A DNA stretch of 64,000 bases from an uncultured Candidatus Saccharibacteria bacterium (lineage in GTDB: Bacteria > Patescibacteriota > Saccharimonadia > Saccharimonadales > AWTP1-31). Below, piece by piece: positions 1-8,340 of the stretch (position 1 is its first letter; every line of letters starts with the position of its first letter). Where the stretch lies: NCBI GenBank assembly GCA_964536985.1, contig CAZIBG010000004.1, positions 3,595 to 67,594 of the forward strand, read 5' to 3'. The translations under genes were made by a program, and so were the position numbers. Under the pieces are notes generated by a model. The model ran no database searches. It was not told where the DNA came from and saw nothing but the letters and a program-made list of their open reading frames with translations.

Positions 1-2
1 TG

Positions 3-280
3 TCTCAGAATACGTAGAGACCCTCGGTGCAATTGAGGATCAGCCAATAGAAGTAAAAGAAGCATTCCAGGTTGGCAAAGCTGCCAGAATAGAACTGTAC
101 CAAAAGGCGGCACACATGGCAGGCATATCTGATGATGGCGGCTTTAATGACACTTCAGAATCTACTGCTCTAGCATATGCCCCTGATGCACTAACCAGCC
201 CGCTGAGCAGGTTGGTTAGATTTACCTTTGATAGCCTTACTGGTTCACCAAAAGATCTTACAACAATGTCAGGCAACTAA
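3..280 (+). CDS. 3' end of an unidentified protein-coding gene (5'-truncated by the window edge)
   Basis: Frame +3 is open from the window edge to TAA at 278-280 (SEYVETLGAIEDQPIEVKEAFQVGKAARIELYQK...DLTTMSGN*). Its Glu/Lys/Asp/Ala-rich composition resembles the real proteins nearby. The tracked antisense ORF 40..276 starts on TTG and is Ser/Trp/Cys-rich, so it looks like a shadow frame. No family recognised. Confidence 0.4.
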   Translation, partial: SEYVETLGAIEDQPIEVKEAFQVGKAARIELYQKAAHMAGISDDGGFNDTSESTALAYAPDALTSPLSRLVRFTFDSLTGSPKDLTTMSGN

Positions 281-1584
281 ACTGTTCGAGAATCGAGAAC
301 AGTGCTGATAATCCGTTCAGGACTGAGTGTCTGCTCTTGTTCACTGGTTAGATCTTTTAGGTTGTAGCGACCCTCAGTAAGTTCCTCTTCGCCAATAAAA
401 AGTGCATAGCGGATGTTGTTCTTTACGGCATTCTTGATCTTCTTATCTACCTTGCGATCAGACGCATCTACTGCAATGGTCAGTCCTTCTGTCCTCAATG
501 TCGAAAGAAGCTTTTGTGCTTGCGGATATACATCGCCTACCAACACAGCATAAACTTCGGTTTCAGATGACAGTTTAGGTAGTAAATCGTGCGATTCTAG
601 GAAGTTAGCAAACGTCACATCACCAACGCCAAAGCCAATGGTCGGAACCGGATCAACGCCGAATAGGCCTACAAGCCCATTGTAGCGACCTCCACCAGCC
701 ATGGATCGATTGTTTTCCGGATCTGTGTCAGTTACTTCAAAGACTATGCCAGTGTAGTAGTCAAAGCCACGCATGATAGTGATATCGAAAACGGCATTGG
801 TAATGCTGCTATCCTCAAGCAGGTTAAGCAGTGTCACAAGTTGTAGCGCGGGTGCACTGGCCAAGACTTGTTCTGGTAGATCGGACAGTCGCTTAACTTC
901 TAGAACGGCAAATAGTTTTTCACTAGTGCCATCTTCTTTTTGTGATGGCGCCAGCATAGCATCTGCCGAAGAGACAAATTCGGCTCGTGGCATTTTGTGC
1001 ATTCGATCAATGAGCTTAGAGAGTGTGTAGGACTGAACTTCGTTAAGACCAAGGTAGTCGTTCATGATGAAGTTCATTAGTTCACGACTGTTAATGTTGA
1101 TGGTATACATGCTCCGTTTAGCGCCAAATTCCTGGAGAAGTTGGTCGGCAATCAGAATGATTTCGTGTTCTGCTTCGATGCCTTCGACTCCGAACATATC
1201 GACGTTCAGTTGCCAGTGTTCGCGAAGCCGACCACGCTGTGCTCGTTCATAGCGCCATAGATTAGGTATGCTATACCAGCGTGCAGGATAGGCAAGTTCC
1301 TGCCGTCTGCCGGCAATCATACGGCTAACAGTTGGCGTCATCTCTGGACGAATGACTACTTCTCTGCCGCCTCGATCCGTAAAGCTATACGTCTGTTCGC
1401 TGACGATTTCTTCGCCTGACTTAGCTTTGTACAATTCCATGCTTTCCAGCATTGGTGCATCGTATTCTTCGTAACCGAAACGTTCAACGGCTTTGCGCCA
1501 GGTGTTTAGTATGTATTTTTGTAAGCGCTTATCTTCTGGGTAAAAATCTCGAGCGCCTTTGTAGGGTTGTGTTGAAAGTGACAT
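277..1584 (-). CDS. hisS: histidine--tRNA ligase (class II aaRS)
   Basis: 435 aa. The N-terminus YKGARDFYPED...RFGYEEYDAPMLE, then REVVIRPEMTPTVSR, and the C-terminal anticodon-binding region are typical of HisRS. AGGAG lies 4 nt upstream of the ATG. Confidence 0.95.
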   Translation of the reverse strand: MSLSTQPYKGARDFYPEDKRLQKYILNTWRKAVERFGYEEYDAPMLESMELYKAKSGEEIVSEQTYSFTDRGGREVVIRPEMTPTVSRMIAGRRQELAYPARWYSIPNLWRYERAQRGRLREHWQLNVDMFGVEGIEAEHEIILIADQLLQEFGAKRSMYTININSRELMNFIMNDYLGLNEVQSYTLSKLIDRMHKMPRAEFVSSADAMLAPSQKEDGTSEKLFAVLEVKRLSDLPEQVLASAPALQLVTLLNLLEDSSITNAVFDITIMRGFDYYTGIVFEVTDTDPENNRSMAGGGRYNGLVGLFGVDPVPTIGFGVGDVTFANFLESHDLLPKLSSETEVYAVLVGDVYPQAQKLLSTLRTEGLTIAVDASDRKVDKKIKNAVKNNIRYALFIGEEELTEGRYNLKDLTSEQEQTLSPERIISTVLDSRTV

Positions 1585-1614
1585 ATATCTCCTATTATAG
1601 CTTAGTTAGAATAT

Positions 1615-1637
1615 AAAAACGCCGGGTGATCCGGCGT
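1615..1637 (-). terminator. intrinsic terminator-like hairpin 30 nt upstream of the hisS start
   Basis: Minus strand reads ACGCCGG-atcac-CCGGCGT followed by TTTT(AT): a 7-bp GC-rich stem, a 5-nt loop and a U-tract. No minus-strand gene lies upstream for it to terminate, so it sits in the hisS leader. Confidence 0.6.
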
Positions 1638-1665
1638 CTGATTGTTTGTTTAGGACAAAGAGAAA

Positions 1666-1722
1666 CTAACCGATCAACTCCGGCAAAATATGGATATGAT
1701 GGTTAGTATTTTCAAATAACAT
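1666..1722 (-). promoter_or_regulatory. putative hisS leader-peptide ORF (18 codons, His-codon cluster)
   Basis: Minus strand ATG TTA TTT GAA AAT ACT AAC CAT CAT ATC CAT ATT TTG CCG GAG TTG ATC GGT TAG encodes MLFENTNHHIHILPELIG. Three His codons fall in a 4-codon window, and the stop is 28 nt before the terminator hairpin. Confidence 0.45.
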
Positions 1723-1728
1723 AACTAT

Positions 1729-1757
1729 TTTATATCATATCGGATGTTGTCTTACAA
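1729..1757 (-). promoter_or_regulatory. candidate sigma70-type promoter for the hisS leader
   Basis: Minus strand TTGTAA (1757-1752), a 17-nt spacer, then TATAAA (1734-1729). The -10 ends 6 nt before the leader-ORF ATG. Confidence 0.4.
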
Positions 1758-1759
1758 GA

Positions 1760-1788
1760 TTGCATAGCCCTATTGCGGGGTGCATAAT
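1760..1788 (+). promoter_or_regulatory. candidate promoter for the 1818..2498 membrane-protein gene
   Basis: TTGCAT (1760-1765), a 17-nt spacer, then TG-n-CATAAT (1783-1788). It is followed by a roughly 29-nt leader carrying AAAGGAG 8 nt before the ATG. Confidence 0.5.
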
Positions 1789-1817
1789 CAGTAGTAATAA
1801 ATAAAGGAGTCCGAACT

Positions 1818-2498
1818 ATGGCAAAAGATACAACTGGCAAGCCAGTAAGTGCTTTTGATTTGTTTCCACAAAGCGTTAAACTAATTCGCGAGAATATTAA
1901 GTTATTCGCAATTGTTTATAGCGTCCCAATTCTCATGACACTATTACAGCTATTTAATAGTGGCGGTGATACCACGGTAGACACTACTACACTCGGAAAC
2001 GTTAACGCTGCAGCTGTTCTTGGCGTTAGTGCTGGCGTGGCAGCCGTTATTCTAGTTGTCGGCGGCATTCTAGAGGTCATGTCTCTTGGGTTGGAACTAG
2101 CTGTAGTAAAAGGTGTAAAGACAGACCTCGCTAAGCTATGGGAACTAACCAGGAAGTACTTCTTTAGGCTTATTGGCCTCGGGATAGTCGTCGCAGTAGT
2201 TGTGCTTGTAGGCTTCTTGCTGCTTATTGTCCCAGGCTTCTTTATGATCCGTAACTACCTACTCGCTCCATATTTTATGATCGACCAAGATCTGGGCATT
2301 ATGGATTCCATGAAGAAGAGTAAAGAGATGGCTCAGGCTAATTCTGGCGCAATCTGGGGATTGATTGGAGTCACTATCCTAATAGCGGTTGTTCCGAGCT
2401 TCCTTGGCACAATTGGAAGCGTCGCAGCTTCGCTACTTGGAATTGCATATTCTGTAGCACCAGCACTTCGTTATGTCGAGCTGAAAAAACTAGGTTAA
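1818..2498 (+). CDS. polytopic membrane protein, function unknown
   Basis: 226 aa with about 5-6 hydrophobic helices (for example AAVLGVSAGVAAVILVVGGILEV and LIGLGIVVAVVVLVGFLLLIVPGFF). It has a strong SD and is followed by a terminator. No confident family assignment. Confidence 0.7.
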   Translation: MAKDTTGKPVSAFDLFPQSVKLIRENIKLFAIVYSVPILMTLLQLFNSGGDTTVDTTTLGNVNAAAVLGVSAGVAAVILVVGGILEVMSLGLELAVVKGVKTDLAKLWELTRKYFFRLIGLGIVVAVVVLVGFLLLIVPGFFMIRNYLLAPYFMIDQDLGIMDSMKKSKEMAQANSGAIWGLIGVTILIAVVPSFLGTIGSVAASLLGIAYSVAPALRYVELKKLG

Positions 2499-2517
2499 GG
2501 CCTTATGAAATTAAAAG

Positions 2518-2541
2518 AACCGGCTTCTGGCCGGTTTTTTT
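2518..2541. terminator. bidirectional intrinsic terminator between the membrane-protein gene and tRNA-Leu
   Basis: AACCGGC-ttctg-GCCGGTT, flanked by an A-rich run on the left and TTTTTTT on the right. This gives a hairpin plus U-tract on either strand. Confidence 0.65.
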
Positions 2542-2544
2542 AAT

Positions 2545-2629
2545 TGGTGCGGATGAAAGGACTTGAACCTTCACGCCTTGCGGCACTAGCTCCTAAGGCT
2601 AGCGTGTCTACCAATTCCACCACATCCGC
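2545..2629 (-). tRNA. tRNA-Leu (anticodon UAG), CCA encoded
   Basis: Minus strand GCGGATGTGGTGGAATTGGTAGACACGCTAGCCTTAGGAGCTAGTGCCGCAAGGCGTGAAGGTTCAAGTCCTTTCATCCGCACCA. The 7-bp acceptor stem is GCGGATG/CATCCGC. The anticodon stem is CTAGC/GCTAG with loop CTTAGGA. It has the long variable arm of class II tRNAs and a TTCAAGT T-loop. Confidence 0.9.
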
Positions 2630-2654
2630 GTGAGCTTCGGTAACAGATGATATT

Positions 2655-3191
2655 CTATGATATTTTGCGGTAAAAAGCTAGCATAACCTCGCCATATGTT
2701 TTTGTAGTGATGAGTTCGTACATATCCGCCGGCAATCGAATATCGCCATGCGTTGGAAGGGAGTACACCAGCAGGCCACCGACTTTAGCATGTTTAGCCA
2801 TTTTTTCGAGTACTGTTTCTTGTAATTTGTTATAGGGTGGGTCGCAAAATACAATGTCGAAACGTTCGGTGTTATTTCGGTATGACCAGGAACGGGCGTT
2901 TCCATGGAACATGCTAGTTTTATCCTCGAGCTTGAGCTTTTGTATGTTAGCCTCAATGACCTCATATGCATCACGGTCTTGTTCAATGATCATAGCGTGT
3001 GTAGCGCCGCGGCTGAGTGACTCAAATGCTAGTGCTCCACTGCCCGCAAATGCATCCAGAACCGTCAGGCCTGATATGTCTCCGAGTGTGTTGAATAGTG
3101 CCGTTCGGATCCGGTCTCCCATAGGGTGAGTTCTATGACCTTTTGGTGCCTCAAACTGTCTGCCGCCGAGTGATCCAGTTATGATTCTCAT
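2655..3191 (-). CDS. rsmD: 16S rRNA (guanine966-N2)-methyltransferase RsmD
   Basis: MRIITGSLGGRQFEAPKGHRTHPMGDRIRTALFN...LDAFAGSGALAFESLSRGA...FDIVFCDPPY are RsmD hallmarks. I moved the start to the internal ATG at 3191, which forms an ATGA overlap with the upstream gene's stop. The tracked start at 3305 would overlap that gene by 118 nt. Confidence 0.85.
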   Translation of the reverse strand: MRIITGSLGGRQFEAPKGHRTHPMGDRIRTALFNTLGDISGLTVLDAFAGSGALAFESLSRGATHAMIIEQDRDAYEVIEANIQKLKLEDKTSMFHGNARSWSYRNNTERFDIVFCDPPYNKLQETVLEKMAKHAKVGGLLVYSLPTHGDIRLPADMYELITTKTYGEVMLAFYRKIS

Positions 3192-4009
3192 AAGTTTCGG
3201 ATAACCTTTGCTTCTACCATGGCTCCATACCAAGCCAGTGTCACGTGTTTGATAATTTCGGGAACTAACTTGTTCCGTACTTGGATCGACAGCTTTGTAG
3301 TCCAACCTTTTTGGTAATAGCGAGTGTACATGTCTAATGAGGCGATCTCACGGCTGGTTCGCTTGAACCATTCTTCGATTCCCAGCTCTAAGAATGAATC
3401 AACTTCTGCTGGTTCGGGAAGACTATCTGAAAAAGTTAAGGGCGCCATAATGGCTGCAACACCAAACTCGAACATCCCATGTGTGCTGATTAAGCCCTTA
3501 GGGCCATACATCTTCCAGTTGTTCTTCACCTGCTCTCGTCGCGTCTTGCCTGGTAGTAAGACTTTATTCTTGATACTACTCCGTGTTTCGTTGCCTTCTC
3601 CTCCTCGAAGTTCACTGAGCTTTTCTTCATAGGGATAGTGGTGTGCAGGAGTTAAGCCATCAACAATGGCATGTGAAAGCCAGGCTGCTTCGAAAGCTAC
3701 CTTTTCCATGTTCTGCGCTTTAAGTTCTTTGACCAGATATTCGTAATGACGCATGATCTGATCAATGACGACCCTATCGTTGTCGTCAAAAGGGTTAAAG
3801 AAGTGCCACGGTTCATTAACTGATGGGCTTTTCTTTTTGATTCCATCAGGACCATTAACTCCTTCGAAGTGAAGAATCTTTCCCGATTTTGGAAAGAGAG
3901 TGTCGTCTACTATGAGGCTCGATAAGTTGTTGCGAGCGACACGGTCGATTTTTTGATGCGCGCCAGTAATACGCCCCGAAGTCTTATTAAGGGTAGTTCC
4001 GGCCCACAT
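3188..4009 (-). CDS. zinc-dependent phospholipase C-like / metal-dependent hydrolase family protein (tentative)
   Basis: 273 aa. It has an N-terminal MW...GAHQKI, then WHFFNPFDD and AAWLSHAIVDGLTPAHHY. This resembles the W1/H14, HFYDPD and H-x3-D-x5-H zinc-ligand pattern of bacterial zinc PLC / S1-P1-fold enzymes. The assignment rests on motif recall only. Confidence 0.45.
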   Translation of the reverse strand: MWAGTTLNKTSGRITGAHQKIDRVARNNLSSLIVDDTLFPKSGKILHFEGVNGPDGIKKKSPSVNEPWHFFNPFDDNDRVVIDQIMRHYEYLVKELKAQNMEKVAFEAAWLSHAIVDGLTPAHHYPYEEKLSELRGGEGNETRSSIKNKVLLPGKTRREQVKNNWKMYGPKGLISTHGMFEFGVAAIMAPLTFSDSLPEPAEVDSFLELGIEEWFKRTSREIASLDMYTRYYQKGWTTKLSIQVRNKLVPEIIKHVTLAWYGAMVEAKVIRNL

Positions 4010-4031
4010 TATAGGTAGCTATATATTTTCA

Positions 4032-6071
4032 TTAGTTTAGGCTGGTTACAGCACGAAGCGATTCGACACGACGAGCTAATTCCTTATATTGTAGCAGTTT
4101 TTCATGGGTATCGATGAATTCTTGAGCTCGTTTGCGGGCTGCGGATATTAGTTTTGTATCAGTTAGCTTAGCTACACGAAGATCTAATTGGCCATGTTGG
4201 AGGGTACCATATATGGCGCCTGGCCCTCTTAGTTCTAGATCTAGTTCACTGAGCTTGAAGCCATCATTGGTCTGCTCAAATGCTCTGAGCCGCTTGGTTG
4301 GAGCTTTGGAATTACTTAGTACTGGGTAGCAATATCCTTGGTGCTCGCTTCTGCCGACTCGCCCTCGAAGTTGATGAAGCTGAGCTAGGCCAAAACGATC
4401 TGCGTTTTCGATTATCATGGCGCTTGCATTTGGAACGTCTACGCCAACCTCAATTACAGTTGTGGCAACAAGGATATCGTATTTCTTACGGATAAAGTCC
4501 TGCATAACCTGGGATTTTTCTTCGGCTTTCATTTTGCCATGAAGTAGCCCTACCGAACGGTGTTTAAAGTCAACTTTAGAGAGTGTTTTATAGACCTGCT
4601 CTGCCGACTTAACACCTTCCAGGGCATGCGACTCATTAACTAGTGGGCAAACAACAAAGACTTGCCGACCTAGATCGATTTGCTTATCGATGTCAGCGTA
4701 TAGTGTTTTGCGGGAGTTGGGCGAGATGAGCTTTGTTTTGATGGGGACTCGGTTGCTGGGCTTGGTGGTAATAACTGATATGTCGAGCTCTCCATAAAGC
4801 GTTAGGGCTAGACTACGAGGGATGGGCGTAGCGGTCATTGATAGCACATGAGGCATGTGCCCGGCTTTTATCTGGAGTCGTTTACGTTGCTCCACACCAA
4901 AGCGGTGCTGTTCATCTATAACAACGAGTCCGAGTTTGTGCATGTCTACTGAATCTTGAATAAGTGCGTGGGTGCCGACGATAAATCGTACTTGTCCAGA
5001 TTTGATATGTTCCCTGGCTTGATCTTTTTGGGTCTTCTTCATGCCACCGACTAGTAAGCTCACTTGGTCTTCATATCCAAGAGGTTTAAGTAAGTTGTAA
5101 ATGGTCTCGGCGTGTTGACTGGCCAAGAGTTCGGTAGGTGCCATGAAGGCCACCTGATAGCCCTGCTCCATGGCCATCATTGCCGCCATGCTGGCAACGA
5201 CCGTTTTGCCTGATCCCACGTCGCCCTCGACCAGCCGATTCATAGGGTGTTTGGCCTGCATATCTTGATAAATCTGCCATACTACGCGGCGCTGATCGTC
5301 GGTGAGTGTGAAAGGCAGATGCGAAACAAACTGTTTAGCTAGATCTTTGTTGAAAGGAATGTGTAGCGGCTTGTCTTCAAGTGTTTCGTTCTTGATCATT
5401 AGTGCCGTTAGCGTTAGCCCAAAGACCTCTTCGAACCCCAGCCTTTTTTTGGCTGCGTCTAGAAGTTCAGCACTATCCGGAAAATGCAGCGCTAAAATGG
5501 CGTCACCCCTAGCCATTAACTTTTCTTTACTGATTATCCACGTGGGCAGCGTTTCTGGCAGTTTTCCAATTAGCGGTGCAATCTCATGCACGGCGCGGCG
5601 TATCTGTGCCGACTTAAGCCCCTTAGTCTCCTTATAAACAGGGACAATGCGAGCAGTGCTTACGGGCAATTCATTGGCCTGCTCAGTACCGGGATTCATG
5701 ATTGCCATTTTTTGGTGGCTCAGTTCAAAGTTACCAGAAATAAAGTACTCTTGCCCGCTCTTCATGCTATGAGGGCGGTACGGCTGGTTAAACCATACCA
5801 GGCGGACGCTACTTGTTTTGTCGCTGGCTACGGCCTCGGTAATGTGCATCCCACGCCTAACAAGGCGGCCTGTAACCTGTTTTATGGTAGCCTTGACGGT
5901 CACAGGGCCAGGCTTGATGGCCACAATGTCCTGGATTACTGAATAATCTTCGTATCGACGAGGATAGTGATTTGCTAAATCTCCAACAGTGAAGATTCCA
6001 AGCTGTTCAAAAAGTTTAGCAGCGGCCGGGCCGATACCTTTAACTTCTGTAATTGAACTTTGCAACGTCAT
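4032..6071 (-). CDS. recG: ATP-dependent DNA helicase RecG
   Basis: 679 aa with an N-terminal wedge/OB region, helicase motifs GDVGSGKT and DEQHRFG, and ATPIPRSL. Confidence 0.95.
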   Translation of the reverse strand: MTLQSSITEVKGIGPAAAKLFEQLGIFTVGDLANHYPRRYEDYSVIQDIVAIKPGPVTVKATIKQVTGRLVRRGMHITEAVASDKTSSVRLVWFNQPYRPHSMKSGQEYFISGNFELSHQKMAIMNPGTEQANELPVSTARIVPVYKETKGLKSAQIRRAVHEIAPLIGKLPETLPTWIISKEKLMARGDAILALHFPDSAELLDAAKKRLGFEEVFGLTLTALMIKNETLEDKPLHIPFNKDLAKQFVSHLPFTLTDDQRRVVWQIYQDMQAKHPMNRLVEGDVGSGKTVVASMAAMMAMEQGYQVAFMAPTELLASQHAETIYNLLKPLGYEDQVSLLVGGMKKTQKDQAREHIKSGQVRFIVGTHALIQDSVDMHKLGLVVIDEQHRFGVEQRKRLQIKAGHMPHVLSMTATPIPRSLALTLYGELDISVITTKPSNRVPIKTKLISPNSRKTLYADIDKQIDLGRQVFVVCPLVNESHALEGVKSAEQVYKTLSKVDFKHRSVGLLHGKMKAEEKSQVMQDFIRKKYDILVATTVIEVGVDVPNASAMIIENADRFGLAQLHQLRGRVGRSEHQGYCYPVLSNSKAPTKRLRAFEQTNDGFKLSELDLELRGPGAIYGTLQHGQLDLRVAKLTDTKLISAARKRAQEFIDTHEKLLQYKELARRVESLRAVTSLN

Positions 6072-6135
6072 ACATCAATAGTATCAATACATCATCACTT
6101 AAACTGCTGTGTAAATTACGAAACTGATCGGATGA

Positions 6136-6909
6136 TTAGGATGCCTTGCGGACGAGTAGGAAGGTGCTTGGACCAAAAAACGACTTAGCCAATGGCTTCT
6201 GCATAACTGATTCAAGTTGTAGCATAACGGCCTGAGGAACGATCTTTTTGAGAGCTGGGCTGCGTAAGTTGGATACAGATAAGATCTTCTCGACCTTCAG
6301 CCCGGCATGGGCTAGCTGCTTGATGACCGTTCGTGGGTTGTGGTTTACGAAGGCAATCTCGCTGTCCTTTTTGTTCTGTTCAGAACGAATATCAATCGGC
6401 TCTGTAGGGAGCTTCTTGCCTTTCAGAAGGTATTTAACCCGGTTACGAGCATGAGTGTTATTAGCGATTTCTAGAATTAGATATCCGTCGTCGGTAAGAA
6501 CGCGTTTGAGTTCGGAGAATTCCACTGTTGGATCCGGCAAGTGGTGCATAACGCGGATCATGGTAATGAGATCAAGTGAGTTGTCTTTGAACTTAAGGTC
6601 ATCGGCTTGAGTCAGTTTCATGTCTACCTCTGGATGATCTTTGAGGAAATCCTTACCAATATCAAGCTGTTGTTGGCTCGGCTCGGCAAGAGTGACCTTA
6701 TCGGCATACTGTTCAAGGAAGATACAAAGTCTTCCATAGCCGCCGCCGATATCTGCTGCATGTTTAAAATGCTTTCCTTTGAGTAGCCGGCTGATAGCGA
6801 TGCGCTCAGACTCGTTTTCGTAGTCACGTCCGTCCCAGTACTTTAGATAGTTATGTGACGCGTCATTGTATTGGTCGGCTTTTTTCTTGGCTGTTTTATT
6901 TTGAGGCAT
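6136..6909 (-). CDS. class I SAM-dependent methyltransferase
   Basis: 257 aa. Motif I is ADIGGGYGRL, the post-I acidic residue is in VTLAEPS, and MIRVMHHL follows. The substrate is not inferable. Confidence 0.75.
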   Translation of the reverse strand: MPQNKTAKKKADQYNDASHNYLKYWDGRDYENESERIAISRLLKGKHFKHAADIGGGYGRLCIFLEQYADKVTLAEPSQQQLDIGKDFLKDHPEVDMKLTQADDLKFKDNSLDLITMIRVMHHLPDPTVEFSELKRVLTDDGYLILEIANNTHARNRVKYLLKGKKLPTEPIDIRSEQNKKDSEIAFVNHNPRTVIKQLAHAGLKVEKILSVSNLRSPALKKIVPQAVMLQLESVMQKPLAKSFFGPSTFLLVRKAS

Positions 6910-6964
6910 TATTAATATCCGTTTCCTGAATTATTTTAGATTGATTACTTGATCAAATTATACA

Positions 6965-8215
6965 CTACAGCGTAACGACAATTTGAGCGTTTTTACCGCG
7001 TCGTAGCACTACATTGCCGGCCACCGCATCAGAAGCGGACAATGTGGTTTGATCGGTGACCTGCACGCCATTTATGTAAACAGCTTTGCTCTCGAGGAAC
7101 CTGCGAGCCTCGCCTTTAGATGATGCCAAAGAGCCCTCGACAAGGATATCTACTAACGAATCGCCGTCTTTTGCCTGGATGTTTGCGAGTTCGTTTTTGA
7201 GTGTCTCGAAATCTTCTGAAGTGAGTTTGTCATACGACTCACCACCGAAAAGTACTTTTGTTACTCTTTTAACACTCTCTGCAACTTCCTCTCCGTGGAC
7301 GAATTTTGTTACTTCATAAGCAAGCGTTTTTTGAGCTAATCTTATCGATCGATCTTCGTTAAAACGTCTCATGACGTCTTCGATGAATTCTTCGTCTAGT
7401 TCTGTGTAAATCCTAAGATACTCATCTACACCTTCGTCGTCTAGGTTGAGCCAAAATTGGTACATTTTGTAAGGACTAGTTTGTTTGGGATCAATCCAGA
7501 TGGCCCCATCTTCGGACTTACCGAACTTTACGCCTGTTGACTTGTTAACTACTAGTGGGATTGTCCAGACGTGCGCGGTTTGACCTGTTATACGCCTAAT
7601 CAGATCAACACCGGCAATGGAGTTTCCCCATTGGTCGGCACCGCAGAGCTGTAGGGTTACACCCTTCTCGCGGTTTAAGTGCAAGAAGTCGTAGGCTTGA
7701 ATTAATGAATAGCTAAACTCGGCGTAGCTGATGCCCGAACCTTCTTCGCTGAGACGTGACTGGACGAATTCACGGTTAACCATTTGGCGCATGGGGACAT
7801 GCTTGCCAACAGTGCTGAGGAAATCAATGTAATTGATGTCTTTAAACCAGTCGTGGTTGTCTACTACTTCGAATTCAACATCTCCAAGGAGTGACTTGTA
7901 CTGTGCCACAATTCCGGCCTTATTTTTATCAATTTCTTCTCGTGTTTTGAGATTTCGCTCATCCTTTTTGCCATCAGGGTCACCAATCAGTCCTGTTGCG
8001 CCGCCTACCAGGATTATCGCTTTATGGCCATGCTTAATGAAGGCGCGGACCATCATAATAGAAGCTAGGTTGCCAATTGTCATTGAAGATGCGCTAGGAT
8101 CAACTCCAAAGTAAAACGTTATTGGATCGGAATCTAATTGTGTGATGTCTTTGTAAGTGGTTTGGTTTACGAAACCACGTTTTGTTAGTTCTTGGCTTAA
8201 GGTCATTTTGCTCAT
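6965..8215 (-). CDS. tyrS: tyrosine--tRNA ligase
   Basis: 416 aa. It has the HIGH-region equivalent FYFGVDPSASSMTIGN, the KMSKS-type loop KFGKS, and a C-terminal S4-like domain. TATAAT ends 7 nt before the ATG and there is no SD. Confidence 0.95.
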   Translation of the reverse strand: MSKMTLSQELTKRGFVNQTTYKDITQLDSDPITFYFGVDPSASSMTIGNLASIMMVRAFIKHGHKAIILVGGATGLIGDPDGKKDERNLKTREEIDKNKAGIVAQYKSLLGDVEFEVVDNHDWFKDINYIDFLSTVGKHVPMRQMVNREFVQSRLSEEGSGISYAEFSYSLIQAYDFLHLNREKGVTLQLCGADQWGNSIAGVDLIRRITGQTAHVWTIPLVVNKSTGVKFGKSEDGAIWIDPKQTSPYKMYQFWLNLDDEGVDEYLRIYTELDEEFIEDVMRRFNEDRSIRLAQKTLAYEVTKFVHGEEVAESVKRVTKVLFGGESYDKLTSEDFETLKNELANIQAKDGDSLVDILVEGSLASSKGEARRFLESKAVYINGVQVTDQTTLSASDAVAGNVVLRRGKNAQIVVTL

Positions 8216-8340
8216 CTTACAGATTATAAAGCATATACTCTAAGACTTCTATGGCCGGCAAACTCAGAGGTTATGTTTTTCAGGTTGTTTATCGGAAAAT
8301 TTGGTATACTGATGTAATCAAAGGAGCATCAATATAACCC

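Noticed and set aside
40-276. Tracked 78-aa minus-strand ORF immediately downstream of hisS
   Set aside because: It starts on TTG and has a Ser/Trp/Cys-rich, atypical composition. It is fully antisense to a plus-strand frame that is open from the window edge and has a more protein-like sequence. I treat it as a shadow ORF.
1585-1817. Possible T-box or small ncRNA (SRP, 6S) in the 233-nt hisS / 1818 spacer
   Set aside because: There is no T-box core sequence and no SRP or RNase P conserved motif. The region is accounted for by two divergent promoters, the His-codon leader ORF and its terminator.
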